Notes under the pieces: model-generated | Told to the model about the DNA's origin: nothing | Databases searched by the model: none | What the model saw: only the letters and a program-made list of their open reading frames with translations | Assembly (NCBI GenBank): GCA_023920165.1 | Contig: CP089278.1 | Span: 2,108,001-2,172,000 of the forward strand | Direction: 5' to 3' | DNA length: 64,000 nt | DNA from: Curvularia clavata | Taxonomy: Eukaryota | Shown: positions 50,499 through 63,903 of the stretch, one piece after another | How positions within the stretch are numbered: the stretch's first letter is position 1 | How the letters are laid out: the number at the start of each line of letters is the position of its first letter | Translations under genes and position numbers: made by a program

Positions 50499-52317
50499 CT
50501 TGGCTATTGATACGACGGACTCGGCCCTTGGTGGGTCGACTGCTGGTTTTCAGATGGATCTCTTACTACTTTGGCAGCAAAAGTAAGTCTCCGGTGTGAT
50601 GCTGCAAACGTAATTTGGACGTTTGTTGGAAGAGAGTGAGAATGGATATCGATAACGAAGACTATTTGTTAGCTGATGCTGAGAACATATTTTTTCTGAA
50701 ATTAGGTCTCTGGTCACATCCCGTCATATTTGAAGCCCGTGGTTCTTTGTGAGAAATATAGAGACGATGACAAGATAGTGAACAAAGATACATCCTACCA
50801 GAACTCTTTGTCTTTTTTTAAACTAGTTCTACGTGCTGAAGACGTAGCACCAGCCCTTTGTCACAGAAGGACCATGCGAGTGTCAGCCAAATTGTTTCCA
50901 AACTCATCAGCGCTTTGTTTGGCCGTGGAAACCTTGTCCTCAGGTCTTGATACCTTGTGCTATTTATTCCCCCGGGTGCCCATAAGGATCGGCGCAGTGC
51001 GACTTTTCTACTTTGGATGATATTCACTGCGTTTGTTGAGTTGACTTGTTTTGAGAGCCGGAGTAGTTTCCTTGGAAGGAAGTAACCAGCACTTTGATAT
51101 GTTTTGCAACTCCACCCGAAGGTTCACATGTTTATCGCGCTAAGATATATTTATCTGACTTGATGCAACACACGTGTAGGATTGCACGCCATCTCTGTGT
51201 CATGACGACGCTGTCTCATTGCATGTGGAGTGTCGTCACGTGCCTCTCACAAACAATGATGCGACCCGAAATAAGCTTTGCCCCACCCCCGTACCGCATT
51301 GGAACGCACCCAAGACATTTCTCACCGAGCACATGTTTCACGGCCTTAATATTGTCTTGGAAGACGCCAAGATTCTCTTATGCTGCGCCTCGCTTCTCCC
51401 CACGGTCACTCGGAACAAACCAACGCGTATATGCTCACGCAAACACGTCGGTAATAAGGTTCTCAATCGGGGCGATCCTTGACGAGTGAAGTAATTCAAT
51501 GACAACATGCGACCTCCGTAGTATTCTTAGCCAATCGAAACACCCACCAGATAACACAGAGTAGCGTGGTTTGTGGGCGGAAGTGGAAAGAAAAGACTCA
51601 AGCTTGGCAGTACGACGCATGTAAGCACACCACCAACAGCAAGTGAAGCGCACCCTTGGTCACACTTGTGGTGAAATGCTTCAGCTTGGGCGACATTACC
51701 TCCTTGGCAGCACGACGAGATTGTGATACAATATCTAGATATGCGAGCGCATTTGTGATGTGATCAATCATGGTCCTTGACAGGTCTCCATACCCCACAC
51801 AGCTAGCATGTTTAGCTTCAAGCCTATCGCGGTGGATTGACATCATTCATCGGTCGGATCTGGGGTGCGTCAATATAATCGGGTCTAGACGTGAGCCATC
51901 AGTGCTGGGGAGTGGGAGTAGATAAGGATGATGCGGAGGGCGGGCTTGGCGGCGGACAGTGCAACAACATCAGGCGAATCAAGAGGGCAATTATCCTCAG
52001 ACTGATAAGGTTGGACTGGGCATGGTGCTTCAACAGAGCCACTCCAGCGGATGGGAGCAAGAGCATAGTGGTGGTTGTCACGAATTTGGCAATGGCAGAA
52101 CTGGAGTAGTAAATATTGGATTTCAATGATAAGCCCATTCCTAAATTATGTACACTACATTTTTCTGAAAGGAAATTGCGATTCAGAGAGATCTAAAATG
52201 ATATAGAAAAAAAAAAAGGCTCAACCCAATGACCAGAGCGCAGGTGGTATCTCGAAATGATTTGACATAAAAACAAATTACAAGCGACAAAGTTTAGCCC
52301 AGGAGAAACGCAGAAGC

Positions 52318-54114
52318 TTAAGTCTGAACCTGCTTCTCGTTGGCATGCTCAGGGCCCATGGCAACAGCATGCCTGTCACCTCCGATGCCAGTGTGGTCGT
52401 GCTCGTGGCTGGAGTTTTCCGAAGGTGCCTTGCCCTCGAGCATTTGGCTGTGCTGAGGAATGCCATAGCGTTCACCCTGAGGCACTGAGTGCTCGCCATC
52501 GAGGGGCTCGCCTTTAGCAGGAGTCCAGGCAAGGTAGTCTCGGCGGACCTCCACGTAGTCGTAGGCGAACTCGCCAAGCTGGTCATCGTCCATTCCAAGA
52601 AGTTCGGCCTCTTCAGAGGCACGAAGCTTAAGGCCAGGGATCTTGTCGATAATAAATGCAAGGATGGCGCTCACGGTGAAGGAATAAGCGGTGCAGGCGA
52701 CAATGTAAGCAATCTGCTTGTAGATGCATGCCGCGTCACCAGTGATGGCGCCAGCCGTCAATCCGTTGTTGACACCGTCAAGGCCGATGATGTAGTTGGC
52801 ACCAAAAATACCGTTGAAGAAGAGGCCCCACATTCCAGCGACACCGTGCTCAGCGAACACATCGAGAGAATCGTCGATCTTAATCCAGAACTTGACTGAG
52901 AGGTTGTCAGCAAATGAAGCAGAATTGCCTATTGGTATGAAACTTACTCTTTGTTGCAAAGTTAGCAACAATGCCGGTGGTAATACCGAGGACGACGCTA
53001 GCCCACGGAGGGATGAAACCAGAGGCGGGTGTAGCAGCGACAAGTCCAGAAATGGTACCTGAGCACCAACCGACCATAGACCACTTGCGGGCAAGACGCC
53101 AATCAAGGATGACCCAGGTCATAGCGGCAAACATAGCAGTAAGGTTGCTATTCCAGCAGGCCATGACGGCGCGGAGATTGGCACCGAAAGCGGAGCCGCC
53201 ATTGAAGCCCAACCAACCAAACCACAGGAAAACAGTTCCAAGAGTGATGAGCGATACATTGTGAGGGCGGAAGTTGAGCATCATCTTCTCCTGGCGGCGT
53301 CCAAGAATCATCGAATAGGCCAAGGCAGTGCATCCGGAAACAATTTCGACGGGACCGCCACCGGCGTAGTCAAGACCACCCCACTTGAAGAACCAGCCGT
53401 TCGCGTTCCAGGCCCAGTAAGCGACAGGGCAGTATACGATGGTGGCCCACAGCCAGATGAAGACCATCATGGGAATCAGGCGACCGCGCTCAGCAACGCA
53501 ACCGACGACGATAGCAGCCGTAACGGCACAGAATTGAAGCTACACGCCTGGTTAGTCTGCATCCCATTGGGGATTGGAATCATCTGCCATACCTGGTAGA
53601 AGGAGTAGAGCAGCTCAGGAATCAGAGGACTACCCTGGCTGGGAGCACCGAGCACACCCTTTAGACCAAACCTGTCAAGGTTGCCAATAAATCCATTTGT
53701 CGAGGGGCCAAAGGCGAGTGAGTATCCCCAGAAGTACCATTGGAAGGTGATGACGGAGGCGGAAAACATACACGCCCAGATGAGGGAGAGGGCGGACTTT
53801 CTGCGAGCAAGACCAGAGTAGAGGAAAGCTAGACCAGGAATCATGATCAACACCATGGCCGAGGCCACGATGATGTAGGCCTGGTCGCCGGACTGGTACC
53901 ATTGGTTGAGGTTCTCGGTGGCTGTGCAAGTCCGTGTCAGTCTGCTTCTTGATGCGATTCATGACTTTGCAACACAAAGTGTCGTGCGAGATACAGGTAT
54001 CTGGTGCAGCACGTGCTCGGTAGTACGTGGGTACATGTACTCACCAGAATCACCACCAGTGATGGCATCGGTCCCATTGAACTGGGTGGGACGGCCGACC
54101 CACGAGTACGACAT
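52318..54114 (-). CDS. MEP: Ammonium transporter (Amt/Mep family, Glu-His pore type, Mep1/Mep3/MeaA-like), 4 exons
   Basis: GGDSATENLNQWYQSGDQAY, PGLAFLYSGLARRKS, DYAGGGPVEIVSG, FLWFGWLGFNGGS, GLVAATPASG, IDDSLDVFAEHGVAG, EEAELLGMD. Confidence 0.96.
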
Positions 54115-54356
54115 GGTCGGAGTGTTTGCTGGGGAACCGTCAAGGTGGTTGGGGAGGACGAGTACGGTGCCTCAGAAGGTGGGTGGATAGAAGGGCAACA
54201 CGTTGGACAAGGCAAATGGAAGGGCGATGGGAACAGGATATAAAAGCTGGAACCGTGCCAGTAATATACGGATGTACCAGGGAGAAATCGGAAACCCTAC
54301 TGTAGATTACGATGGTTGCGCCGGGGCCTTTATGGATGAAGGCCGACTGTACTACT

Positions 54357-54993
54357 CTTATCTATCCTGGTCCACGGACCAGGACTCGAGGCAAAATAGA
54401 CGAGGGTACATCAACCCACAGACGCGCGACCGCCGTGGGGTTCGCGCCAGATCCAGCCAGAGCCTGATCGCTTTTTTTTCGTGCCGGTTGCTGCCAGCTG
54501 CGTCATGGCAGCCGGTTTGGCCTTATCTCGCCGCGAGCGGAGGCGTGACGGTGCGGTTTAGATAACGGGACCAGCGCCCACTCTGGCGGCCGCATTGCGG
54601 GTGTCTGGCTGGCACGGCGCGTGCTCGTCGGCGAGTCGATGTCAATTGCCATGAAGCCACAGCAGGCATCGCCAGCGTTGTCCGGGGCGGAAGCGCTTGG
54701 CAAGTGGGAGGCTCCTTGTTGTGTTGTGTCAATTGCATTTCAAGTCAGAGATAAGCATACAACAGCGGCCAATCACCGGTCGTCTCGGAGCGACAGGCCG
54801 CTAGCCCGATCGGGCGCCGTGCTGAGCCCGGCCGTCCCTTGCGGCCCTCTCGCATCGACGACACCCACTTGCTCGCCGCCACCCCGTCCCTGGCTGACCA
54901 AGAGCAGTTATTCCTCTCCTCCATCCAGGCGATAAGCCGAGTATGCCTGTACGCACAGTTCAGACGCCCTTTGTGCCTGTCTCCCAATTTATC
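54357..54993. promoter_or_regulatory. Cluster of GATA elements (AreA/Nit2-type) upstream of the ammonium transporter
   Basis: CTTATC 54357, CTATC 54362, CTTATC 54522, GATAAC 54561, GATAAG 54750, GATAAG 54931, TTATC 54989. Confidence 0.6.
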
Positions 54994-56961
54994 CCGCCAG
55001 GCCAGTCGCCCAGGTCGCTGGCGCCCAACCAAAACCTCTCGAAACCCAGTCTGTAAATCTTCGCCATCGTCCTTGCGCTACGGCGTGCACGCACACACGC
55101 CCTGCAGCATGTCAGCAAACCGCCCTTGGTCGAGCACAGAGACCGGTCGGTGTTGGTCCCAAGCATGGGCGCATCAACGTCGTATTACCGCACGGAGAGT
55201 TTTCCTTTCTCGAGTGCTATAGTTTGCGTGATCCCAACCATAGGGAAACCACCGGCAGCCTTGAAATTCCCGCCCATTCGCTCATGGACTGCAAGCTGTC
55301 GCCATCCTCGTTTCCAGTGAATTGGCTCTCTTGCCGTCCGGTTAGGAAACCTTATTGGATGGCTTAGCCCATCTGTCCAGGAACGCCTGTCAACTTTGCT
55401 ACCCGGGAGCGGCGCGCCTTTGCATCGGCAATGACATCCTGTCTCATCATCCCCCTCGTATCAATCGCCAGTATACAACCACAGCGGAACAATAGCATGA
55501 GCAGCTGAAGCTCCTTTGTTCTTTGGTGTAGCCCTGACGTGGCGTAGTATGTAGCAGGGGTTCAGCCGCGACCCAGTCTTCCTCTTCCCGTACCCGCCCG
55601 GCAGCCCTTGTCGGCAAACTGTCGCGAAAACATGTGAGTCTCTCCCCCAGAGGCGAGGGTGTGGGGCTGTGTCGACCTCTCCACGAGCCCACCGTGGCGG
55701 CGACACCTAAGCCCTCAACAGCGTGGGGAAGCTCGACTTGGGTACTTGCGGTATCGCGGGCTTGCACGCGACTCCGTCCCCATCATCCCGCAAGCCCCCG
55801 AAGCAATAATTGTTTTTGCCGCATTGGCGTCATCGGCATGTGGGATGACGGTTATCTCGACGTATCGCGCTTTGTGCAATTCCAGCACGTCTTCGAAAGA
55901 TTCCAGAACCCACGGAGCCAATGACCGCCCTTCCGGCTTCGGAGCCTTGACTCCTTGACCACGGCTTTGGAGTAACCTTAGATCGAAATCATTGGTGCAT
56001 CAGCTGCCCTATCATTGCCCCCAACTTCCCCTAGCTGCCTTTACCTACCCTTGACCAATGGCATGTCTGACACAGAGGCTTGTGTTTGAGCTACTTTGGA
56101 ACTTTCGCTTTTACCCTTTCGGTAACATTTGCATAAACGATATTCTCCGCGAATCCAGTACTCTTCATCTCCAACGTCAGTTCGTGGTCATGGACATGCC
56201 AGCAGACAATATCACTCTCCCCAACACATGGGGTTTCACTAAGAAATTTTCCACATTCGCTCTAACGAGTCCATCTGTTACAGCAACCTGACTATTCTTC
56301 ATCCCGCATTACGATCTGCAACCTGTCAGCTTTTGGCACCGGCCCCAGTATCTAAAGGTATGACGGCAGCCAAAGTCTCAATGGTAGTCAAAACAAACGT
56401 TTGACGCTTCGCACTAGAATCAAGGTCGGGCGTCCCATACAACAAAACGATTTTGGTAGTGGCACAGCAATTTCACGCCCACTTCCCCCACTCCACGCTC
56501 AATCCTGGATGAAGAGAGATACGGGCAAAGGTGTAGAAATGATCAGGTTGTTTCACTGCTGACAACTAATCTGACATGGGAGATAGAGCCACAACGACGT
56601 TTTGCTCATTACTCTTCAATCCAATCAGAGCTGGAGAGCTCTCAGCCCCACAACTTGAGGCCTAAGCTATCAGCTCTTGGGCTAGCAACTATACAATTCT
56701 AGGTCGCGTACTATCTTCAATCCCACAGGAGGATTGCTTTTGGGAATTACCACTAGTGGATGTGACTAGGTAATTACACATAAATGGCTAGGAGTCGCAT
56801 GATAGTAACCCTTTCCCATCAAGGTTCTACCATGGCACGTCCTAGTCTACAGGTAAGAAGAAAAAGTAATAAAGGTTTCATCATCAGCTTTGTTTTCCTC
56901 AAGTCAGCTACCGATTGATTGGGCCCTCGCTCACTTTCAGCTACCAATCTTGCTCCAGATC

Positions 56962-57825
56962 TTAGAACAATGCGCCACCCAGCAGAGCACCGCCTAGGAA
57001 ACCAGCAGCTATTGGCAGCCCGGCTCCACCTCCATAGCCGTACCCATATGGCCTACCGTAAGGCGCAGCTGGGCGCAGGTATCGCACACCAGGACTGTAG
57101 AACTGGCGCGGGCCGTAGGGATTGTACCCATATGCACCGCTTGGCGCAAACCCACCATGAGGCGGTTCAATGTACACGTCCCTGCCCTGTCGGTCCTTGC
57201 CTATCAGCTGCGGTTGGCCCGTCTCCATAGCCCGTATGATCGCTTGTCGTGTGCGCAAATGCTGAAGATATGCCTGGCGTTCCTGTTCTGCGCGACGCTG
57301 GCGAGCTTGTTCGCGTTCTTCATGCGTTTGACCCGTGATCTTGTCCTTCAACTTGCGTGAAAACCTATGGATGCCTGTCGGTTCACCAGCCGCAGCAGCG
57401 CTTTTGCCCTTGGACGACGGTCGTGGAGGAAGGTGATCCTCAGCATCTGAGTCCTCAGCTGCAAGATCCTCCATCGTCATTGTCCTATGGATACGCGTGT
57501 GCTTCTTGCGCTCCTCAGGGCTCAGCGTGCTGAGGTATTCTTCATCATCGTACGGGTGCGTCCATATACTACGTGGAGGATTGGCTCGTGTATCGACAAA
57601 GAATTGGTGCTGAGTTTGTTCGTCGAAAGATCGGATCCATCCAGGAGGAAGCTCACGCATCAGATCCTCCATTGAGCGCCGTCGGTCTGGCGGAATACCA
57701 TTGCGCTCGGTACGTGCTGCAGGCCCATCTGTAGAAACGCGTCGTATACCTGGTGAAGGGTCTGCATCGAAGATGGCAGCTTCGTAGCTAGGAGGAGGCT
57801 CGTTCGGATGCTGCGATGTTGACAT
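56962..57825 (-). CDS. WW-domain protein with N-terminal PPxY motif and Gly/Tyr-rich C-terminus
   Basis: ELPPGWIRSFDEQTQHQFFVDTRANPPRSIWTHPY (WW), PPPSY, C-terminal YGYGYGGGAGLPIAAGFLGGALLGGALF. Confidence 0.88.
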   Translation of the reverse strand: MSTSQHPNEPPPSYEAAIFDADPSPGIRRVSTDGPAARTERNGIPPDRRRSMEDLMRELPPGWIRSFDEQTQHQFFVDTRANPPRSIWTHPYDDEEYLSTLSPEERKKHTRIHRTMTMEDLAAEDSDAEDHLPPRPSSKGKSAAAAGEPTGIHRFSRKLKDKITGQTHEEREQARQRRAEQERQAYLQHLRTRQAIIRAMETGQPQLIGKDRQGRDVYIEPPHGGFAPSGAYGYNPYGPRQFYSPGVRYLRPAAPYGRPYGYGYGGGAGLPIAAGFLGGALLGGALF

Positions 57826-59629
57826 GATAATATCTGCAGGTTGTTGTTGGTGTCGTTGTCGTTGCTTTCGGAGACTCTAGGTTGAGTTATGTTTGCAGTG
57901 GAGAATTAAAGTATAAGTCAATACAGACTACTTAAGCCCAAGCCTGTGCTGTGAATATCGTGTAGTATGTTTATAGGAGTATGTAATGGTGAACGCATCG
58001 GTTTGTGCCACACTGGAAAGCAAGCAATGATGTCATTTGTAACTGTGGCTATGCCTGTGGCTATGCCGTAACGGAGATGCCCAGCTCCGACTCCATCTTT
58101 CACGTGATCTGTACCATATCATCTGCGCCATGTGACCTCCCAGCGCACTGTCACCAGACATGACTCTTCTAGAAGGGCGATCCATGTGCCGAACGGCCAC
58201 CCATCCCTCTTAGAACTCACACGCATGCACAACGCCGACGAGAGAACACCGGATCTTGGGCTCCAGGACTTCACCTTAGCACTGACTCTCCACCTCTCCA
58301 CCATGTGCGCTCGTCACACTTCAGTTTTCCCCACAGATTCTCCACACTGAGAAAAAAGGCGCGTGTGTCGAGTCCCTATCACGCGATCACAAACGGCTAC
58401 TCTAACGGCTGATTTGACAGTCTAATATGGCGTCTCCAACGCTTCCCGCAGCCTAGTTTGCGGTGGCTGCACTACTAAGTCATGTCATTTTGGACTTTGT
58501 CGTCAGGACGAAATCATGGGGATCTGGTCGCCAAGAGCAGTCTCAGCCCTCTCTTGCTGTTAATTCTCCAGCCTCACAGCTGAATTCAATTATGAACTAC
58601 ATCCCTTTCGACTAAGCTATCCTGACTCACAAAAGAGATGGAATCATCTTTGACCTAGAAACGCTACGGGAATAGGTGTACATCGTACCTCCAACGCCTA
58701 GGCGCGTACTCTCGGCGTACTTTCACTAGAAGATCATGAGGCGGGGAATGCCATCCTACTCCACAACGGTCTAGCCAAAGACGCTGGTCATGTGTTACAT
58801 CCCGACGTGGTTCCCGTTAGAACCCTGAAAGCCGCTCTGCTTAGCCTAACTTCTGGACGTTGGGCCCGCCTCCAGTCATCGGAGTTGATTTTACACACTA
58901 GTTGGGCTGCAAGAACGCCCTCTCATACTCGGTGCCATGGCGGTGAATCTGTCTCGCAGCGTGTTGTGTGGTCATGCGAATCCTCCGCGGATCTGCAAGA
59001 GGCTATACCTGGCGCAAATCGTCTTTCTGTAATCAGGGGTCCTTCGAATTTGCTTACGGATATCTGGATCATACGCAACGTCCAGCGTCTAAAGCCATAA
59101 CCAGTGATCAGAGTAGTCATGACCCCAGGATGGAGGTAATATCTTGTCGCAACAAAATATACAAAGTACGATCGACGCAAAAACTTCGTATGGGCTATTG
59201 TAACCTGCAAGCTTATGCAGTCAGTACTACAGCTTGGTAGAATATCTGGTACACTAAGACCTAGACGTCTCCATGTACGTGCTTAACGGCAGTCCAAAGG
59301 CACTCTTCGCCGGAATGTAAGCTCATCTACGGTGACTTAGGTACTTCTTAGTCTACCGATCTTTTACATCTGCACTCCATGTCTTAGTTGCAAAGCCTGA
59401 CCTTCCTGAAGCGGGAATTTTCTACCGAGATTGCGGAGGACATGTGGTTCCGTCGAGACGGTATTACCAGGTCACCTTTTACTATATAACGCCCATTTGA
59501 TTTGCAACAAGACACCCATCAGTCAAAGCAAAGCCTCGGTGGTTTACAGGATCATTCATCCCCATTTCTTCCTTAAATCACTCTCATCTGGGACATTTTC
59601 TGTCTTTTCACACGTTTCAGTCGGCCACT

Positions 59630-62242
59630 ATGGCGAGGCTGACTTCTTTTCTCTTGGCTTCGGCCTGCCTTCTCTCTCCTGGTTATAGTGCACCCATGGG
59701 AGGTGCCAAAAAAGCCAAATTTGAGTTTGAAGCTCGTGACATCAACCTGTCCGGTATCTCTGTGACTACAAGTTATAGCACACCCATCAAGACAGTACAA
59801 TCGCCTACTGCTACAGTCGAGCCAACAGCTTCTCCAGTACGTTCCTAAAGCCGTTGTGTCCTAGCACTATTTATTGAAGCTGGCCACTAATACACTGCAG
59901 AGCTTTTTGACAGGACTTCCTCCAGGTGGCTTTACGCGAGACCCAGTCCATGGTCCAGGTGCCACAACCGCCACCAAATCGCTGGCGCCAAATTCAACAC
60001 CACTCAAACCTGCACCAACGGGAAATGTGAAAGTTTCCTCAGGTAATATATTCCAGGCAATTGGAAATGGAGCCCCTCCATCAAATATACCTTCTCGCAA
60101 CGACCATCCCGTCAAAAAACAAAACATTGACAACGGTAACGCACCAACCCAAACCAACAAGTTCTACGCGAACTTCTTCCTCAACACTCAATCATTCCCG
60201 GTTTGGACCCACCCCTACTCTTTGACCTGGGCCAAAGGTTATGGCAGCTCTTACGGTACGTGATACTTCAGATGTAATATTGAAATCATGCTAATATTGT
60301 TTCTTCCTTCTCCATAGGCATCGCTGTCACTCACACAACGAGGGACCAATTTGCTTTTGGACCCTCGGTGGATAACCCGCGATACTTTATATCCCCACTT
60401 GGTATTGACCATATTGTTCTTTCCGCCAACGAGCTTGGATCAAGTACAACCCTCACAGTTGATAAACTGACTGCTTTCTCTGTTAATGCCAATCTGCGGG
60501 CAAATAGCGGAGGATCCATTGTTATGACTGTACCAGTGGTTCAGGGTATGGGTATGGTCACTGCCATCTACGCCAATGCGAAGCCAGTGCTCAGCTCCAC
60601 TGTCTTCTTCAGTTCCCTAACCAGCGCGGGAACAGTAAACGGTGGTACCAGCAAATACAGGGTCAAGCTCAATGATGGAACCCAATGGCTGCTCTATGCT
60701 ACATCAGCCGGTGCCAATGGTACTGTTCCGTTCACACTGGACAGCAATGCCAAGATCAGTGGCCCTGCAAACTTCGCGGGTACTATTCAGGTCACCAAGA
60801 ACCCATCAGGAGAAGACATGGAAGCTGTCTTTGACAAGAGCGCTGGTGTATATGCTACCGGCACAACTATCTCAGGATCAGTCAATGAGGGATCTGGCAG
60901 TTACACCATGAGCTGGACCAAGGCTGGTGCAACTAGCCAGACTCTGCTCATGTACGCCCTACCACATCACGTAGAATCATTTGATGACCAAACCCAAGCA
61001 GCCTGCAAAAACATCACACTCGTCACTACTACAAAGGGCTTCGCACAGGCCATTGTTGCCGACAAGATGACTATGGTTGAGAGCGATCTTCCCAACACGA
61101 TTGGATTTGCTCCCTGGGCAAAGAACTCCAACGGCGTTGGAGGCACCGAGAAGACTACACTCAGCTCAGCAGCGACTGCACTCATCAACCAAGTAGGCCA
61201 ATCTGAACTCAGCCAAGACATGATTGCTCAGACTTCCCTCAATAGTATGTACTATTCGGGCAAGGGGTTGGCAAAGTTCGCTACCATTATATGGACATTG
61301 AACTCCATGACCAGCAACAGTCAATATGCTGCGGCCGGACTGGTCAAGCTCAAGGCTGCCTTTGATGTTTTCGTGAAAAACACTCAGCCCGAGCCGCTGG
61401 TGTACGACAGTGTATGGAAAGGCGTCGTCTCGGGGGCCAGCTACAAGCCTCCTTATGACACCGGTCTTGACTTCGGCAACACTCTCTACAACGACCACCA
61501 CTTCCACTATGGATACTTTGTATACACTGCCGCCGTCATTGGCCATCTCGACCCCTCCTGGCTCAACCAAGGCTCCAACAAAGCCTGGGTCAACGCGCTT
61601 CTACGCGACTTTGCCAACCCTGTTGACGACGATTACTATCCCATGTACCGCTCTTTTGACTGGTTCCACGGCCACTCATGGGCCAAAGGTCTCTTCGAGT
61701 CCGGCGACGGCAAGGACCAAGAATCCACCTCTGAAGACACCTTTTCCACCTTTGCCACCAAGATGTGGGGCAAAACCATTGGCGACGCAAACATGGAGGC
61801 GCGTGCCAACCTGCAACTCGCCATCCAAGCCCGCAGTCTGCATAACTACTTCCTCATGGAGAGCACAAACAAGAACCAGCCACCCACCTTCATCAAGAAT
61901 AAGGTCACTGGCATCCTGTTTGAGAATAAGATCGATCATACTACGTACTTTGGCACAAACACCGAGTACATTGAGGGCATCCACATGATGCCGCTCAACC
62001 CTTCAACGGCATACACACGCCGCCGCCAGTTTGTCCAGGAGGAGTGGGACACGTACTTTAGCAACGGGCGTGCGGAGCAGGTCACTGGCGGCTGGAAGAG
62101 CATTCTCATGTCTAACCAGGCGCTGATCAATGCTCAGGCTTCATACTCGTTCTTTTCTAACCCGTCGTTCGCGGAGACGCTGGACGGTGGCGCAAGTCGC
62201 ACTTGGTATTTGGCTTACTCGGCTGCCATGTCGGGTGCATAG
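59630..62242 (+). CDS. ENG1: Secreted GH81 endo-1,3-beta-glucanase, 3 exons: 59630-59836, 59901-60255, 60318-62242
   Basis: Signal peptide, Thr/Pro-rich linker, QTNKFYANFFL, MYYSGKGLAKFA, YNDHHFHYGYF, FDWFHGHSWAKG, catalytic DGKDQESTSED, EYIEGIHMMP. Confidence 0.95.
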
Positions 62243-62892
62243 AGCTAGAGTACCGACGATGTTTGGTGGTAGAGAAAAGATTGTGGCTTCTTGAGGGTGA
62301 AATTGCCATTGCTATCTGGTGTCGGAAATGGTTTGACACAGACAGCAACGAATTATGAATTACGAGTCCTGGAGGGTTGATACATGCAGGGAAGTTGGAT
62401 ATGGTGTTGTTGTATATAGGTCCGGATGTTCCAGTCTCCTGTTTGTTTCGACAGTGTATATATTCGCGAGCAATCAATGTTCATAAGCTTAAGCAATTCA
62501 AGGTGTGAATTTGTGAGGTTTTGCTTGACTTCCTTCCGGGATTGTCCCATCAATTCATATTGCTTTTCATTGGCAGTTTCAAAAGTAGCAAGAGAAAGCT
62601 CCGAGTGGTATAAGATATGAAATTCCATGACAGCATTTATTTTTCTAGTACGTCGCTGAGTGCATACTAATCTCTTTAGTAAACACAGCCTCTATTCATT
62701 ATGGCTCAATAGCCACGAACCCAGTCTCAAACGCCATATTAATGCTAAAAAGTTTCGTAGCCATATCGGTATTCCACTTGCACCAAGTTCATGCAGTAGC
62801 TCGACCAGGAAGCGTACAGCGCGTATAAATGGCCACACATCTTCTCTTCCTTGCCATTCCATGTCGAGTTCCTCTGATAAACGACAAGGCAC

Positions 62893-63903
62893 CTAGAACC
62901 AGACCACGCACATGGTCACGGCAACAGCCAATGCATACACCTGGGCAGACACAGGACCCCCGAATGCCAGTGACGCAGCCGACTTCTTGGGGACGTTGTT
63001 GGTCGTGGGGCCGCCCATATACCATGAGCCAATATCTGTCAACTTGCCGTCTTGGGTCAACATAGCAGCATTAGGCCCGACATTCGACACGTCTGAGCGG
63101 AAAGCGCCAAAGTAAGAGTAGTGGGTGACATTCCTGTATCAAATTCCAATATTAGCTCTGTTGCATTCTCCACAGTAAGGAGAAAGAGAAACTTACGGCC
63201 AAGAATCAAAGCTCTGTGCACTCATGTTGTAAAACTCCTGCGTCGTCTTAAGATCCTGATTCGGATATCCATATTCGGTGACCCAAACAGTCAAGTTGGG
63301 CCATTTGTTCGTCACTTGTCCGACATGGCTCATCATGCCTTCAAAGTTACCGTACCAATGTACGGGAATAAAATCCGGATTGCATCCTCCAGCGCACTCG
63401 TTGAAAAAATTGTCGAGCCACTCCCACCCAGACTGTGCGCCTGTAACGGCGGGCGCACCCAGCTTGACGCCGAGCTCCTTTAGCGGCTCGATTTCTGCTT
63501 TCCAGCGGGCGGCGGCCAGACTTACAGCCAGACTCGAACCGCCAGTGTCATAGCCGCCGTCTGGCTCGTTGAAACCAAGTACGTAAGAGATATTTGTGCC
63601 GGACTCAATTTGCTTCTTGACCGAGTCGAGGAACGGGGTGCCTTTGTCGTCTGCACTGGCGCCCCAGAGCATAGGCACGAATTGCATAGCGGCGTCTTTG
63701 GCATATTCTGCCGTCGGCTCATATTTGTAGTTGTAGTACCATGTTGGAGGTGAAGGACCAGTTTGCCAGATTTTGTCGTCCTCTGGATATTTATTCGAGG
63801 GGACGTGGCAGAGACCGCGTTTGGAGGATGTTGAGGCGGTGGATTGCGCTGCGGTGCTGGTGAGCAGCGCCGTTGTGGCGGAGAGAAGAACGGTGCGTCG
63901 CAT
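62893..63903 (-). CDS. GH128 beta-1,3-glucanase-like protein (Asl1-like), probably GPI-anchored, 2 exons (intron 63196-63134)
   Basis: Signal peptide, SSKRGL, WYYNY, FVPMLWG, catalytic-type VLGFNEPD and VWVTEYG, DFIPVHWYG, HYSYFG. Small-residue stretch followed by a hydrophobic C-terminus. Confidence 0.92.

Noticed and set aside
51203..51238. 10-bp imperfect inverted repeat (hairpin)
   Set aside because: Isolated, with no target-site duplication, second copy or recognisable RNA family.
52278..52661. Alternative-frame ORF over the MEP 3' end finishing in CRL (PTS1-like)
   Set aside because: No splice or frameshift signal links it to the transporter, so it is most likely a shadow ORF.
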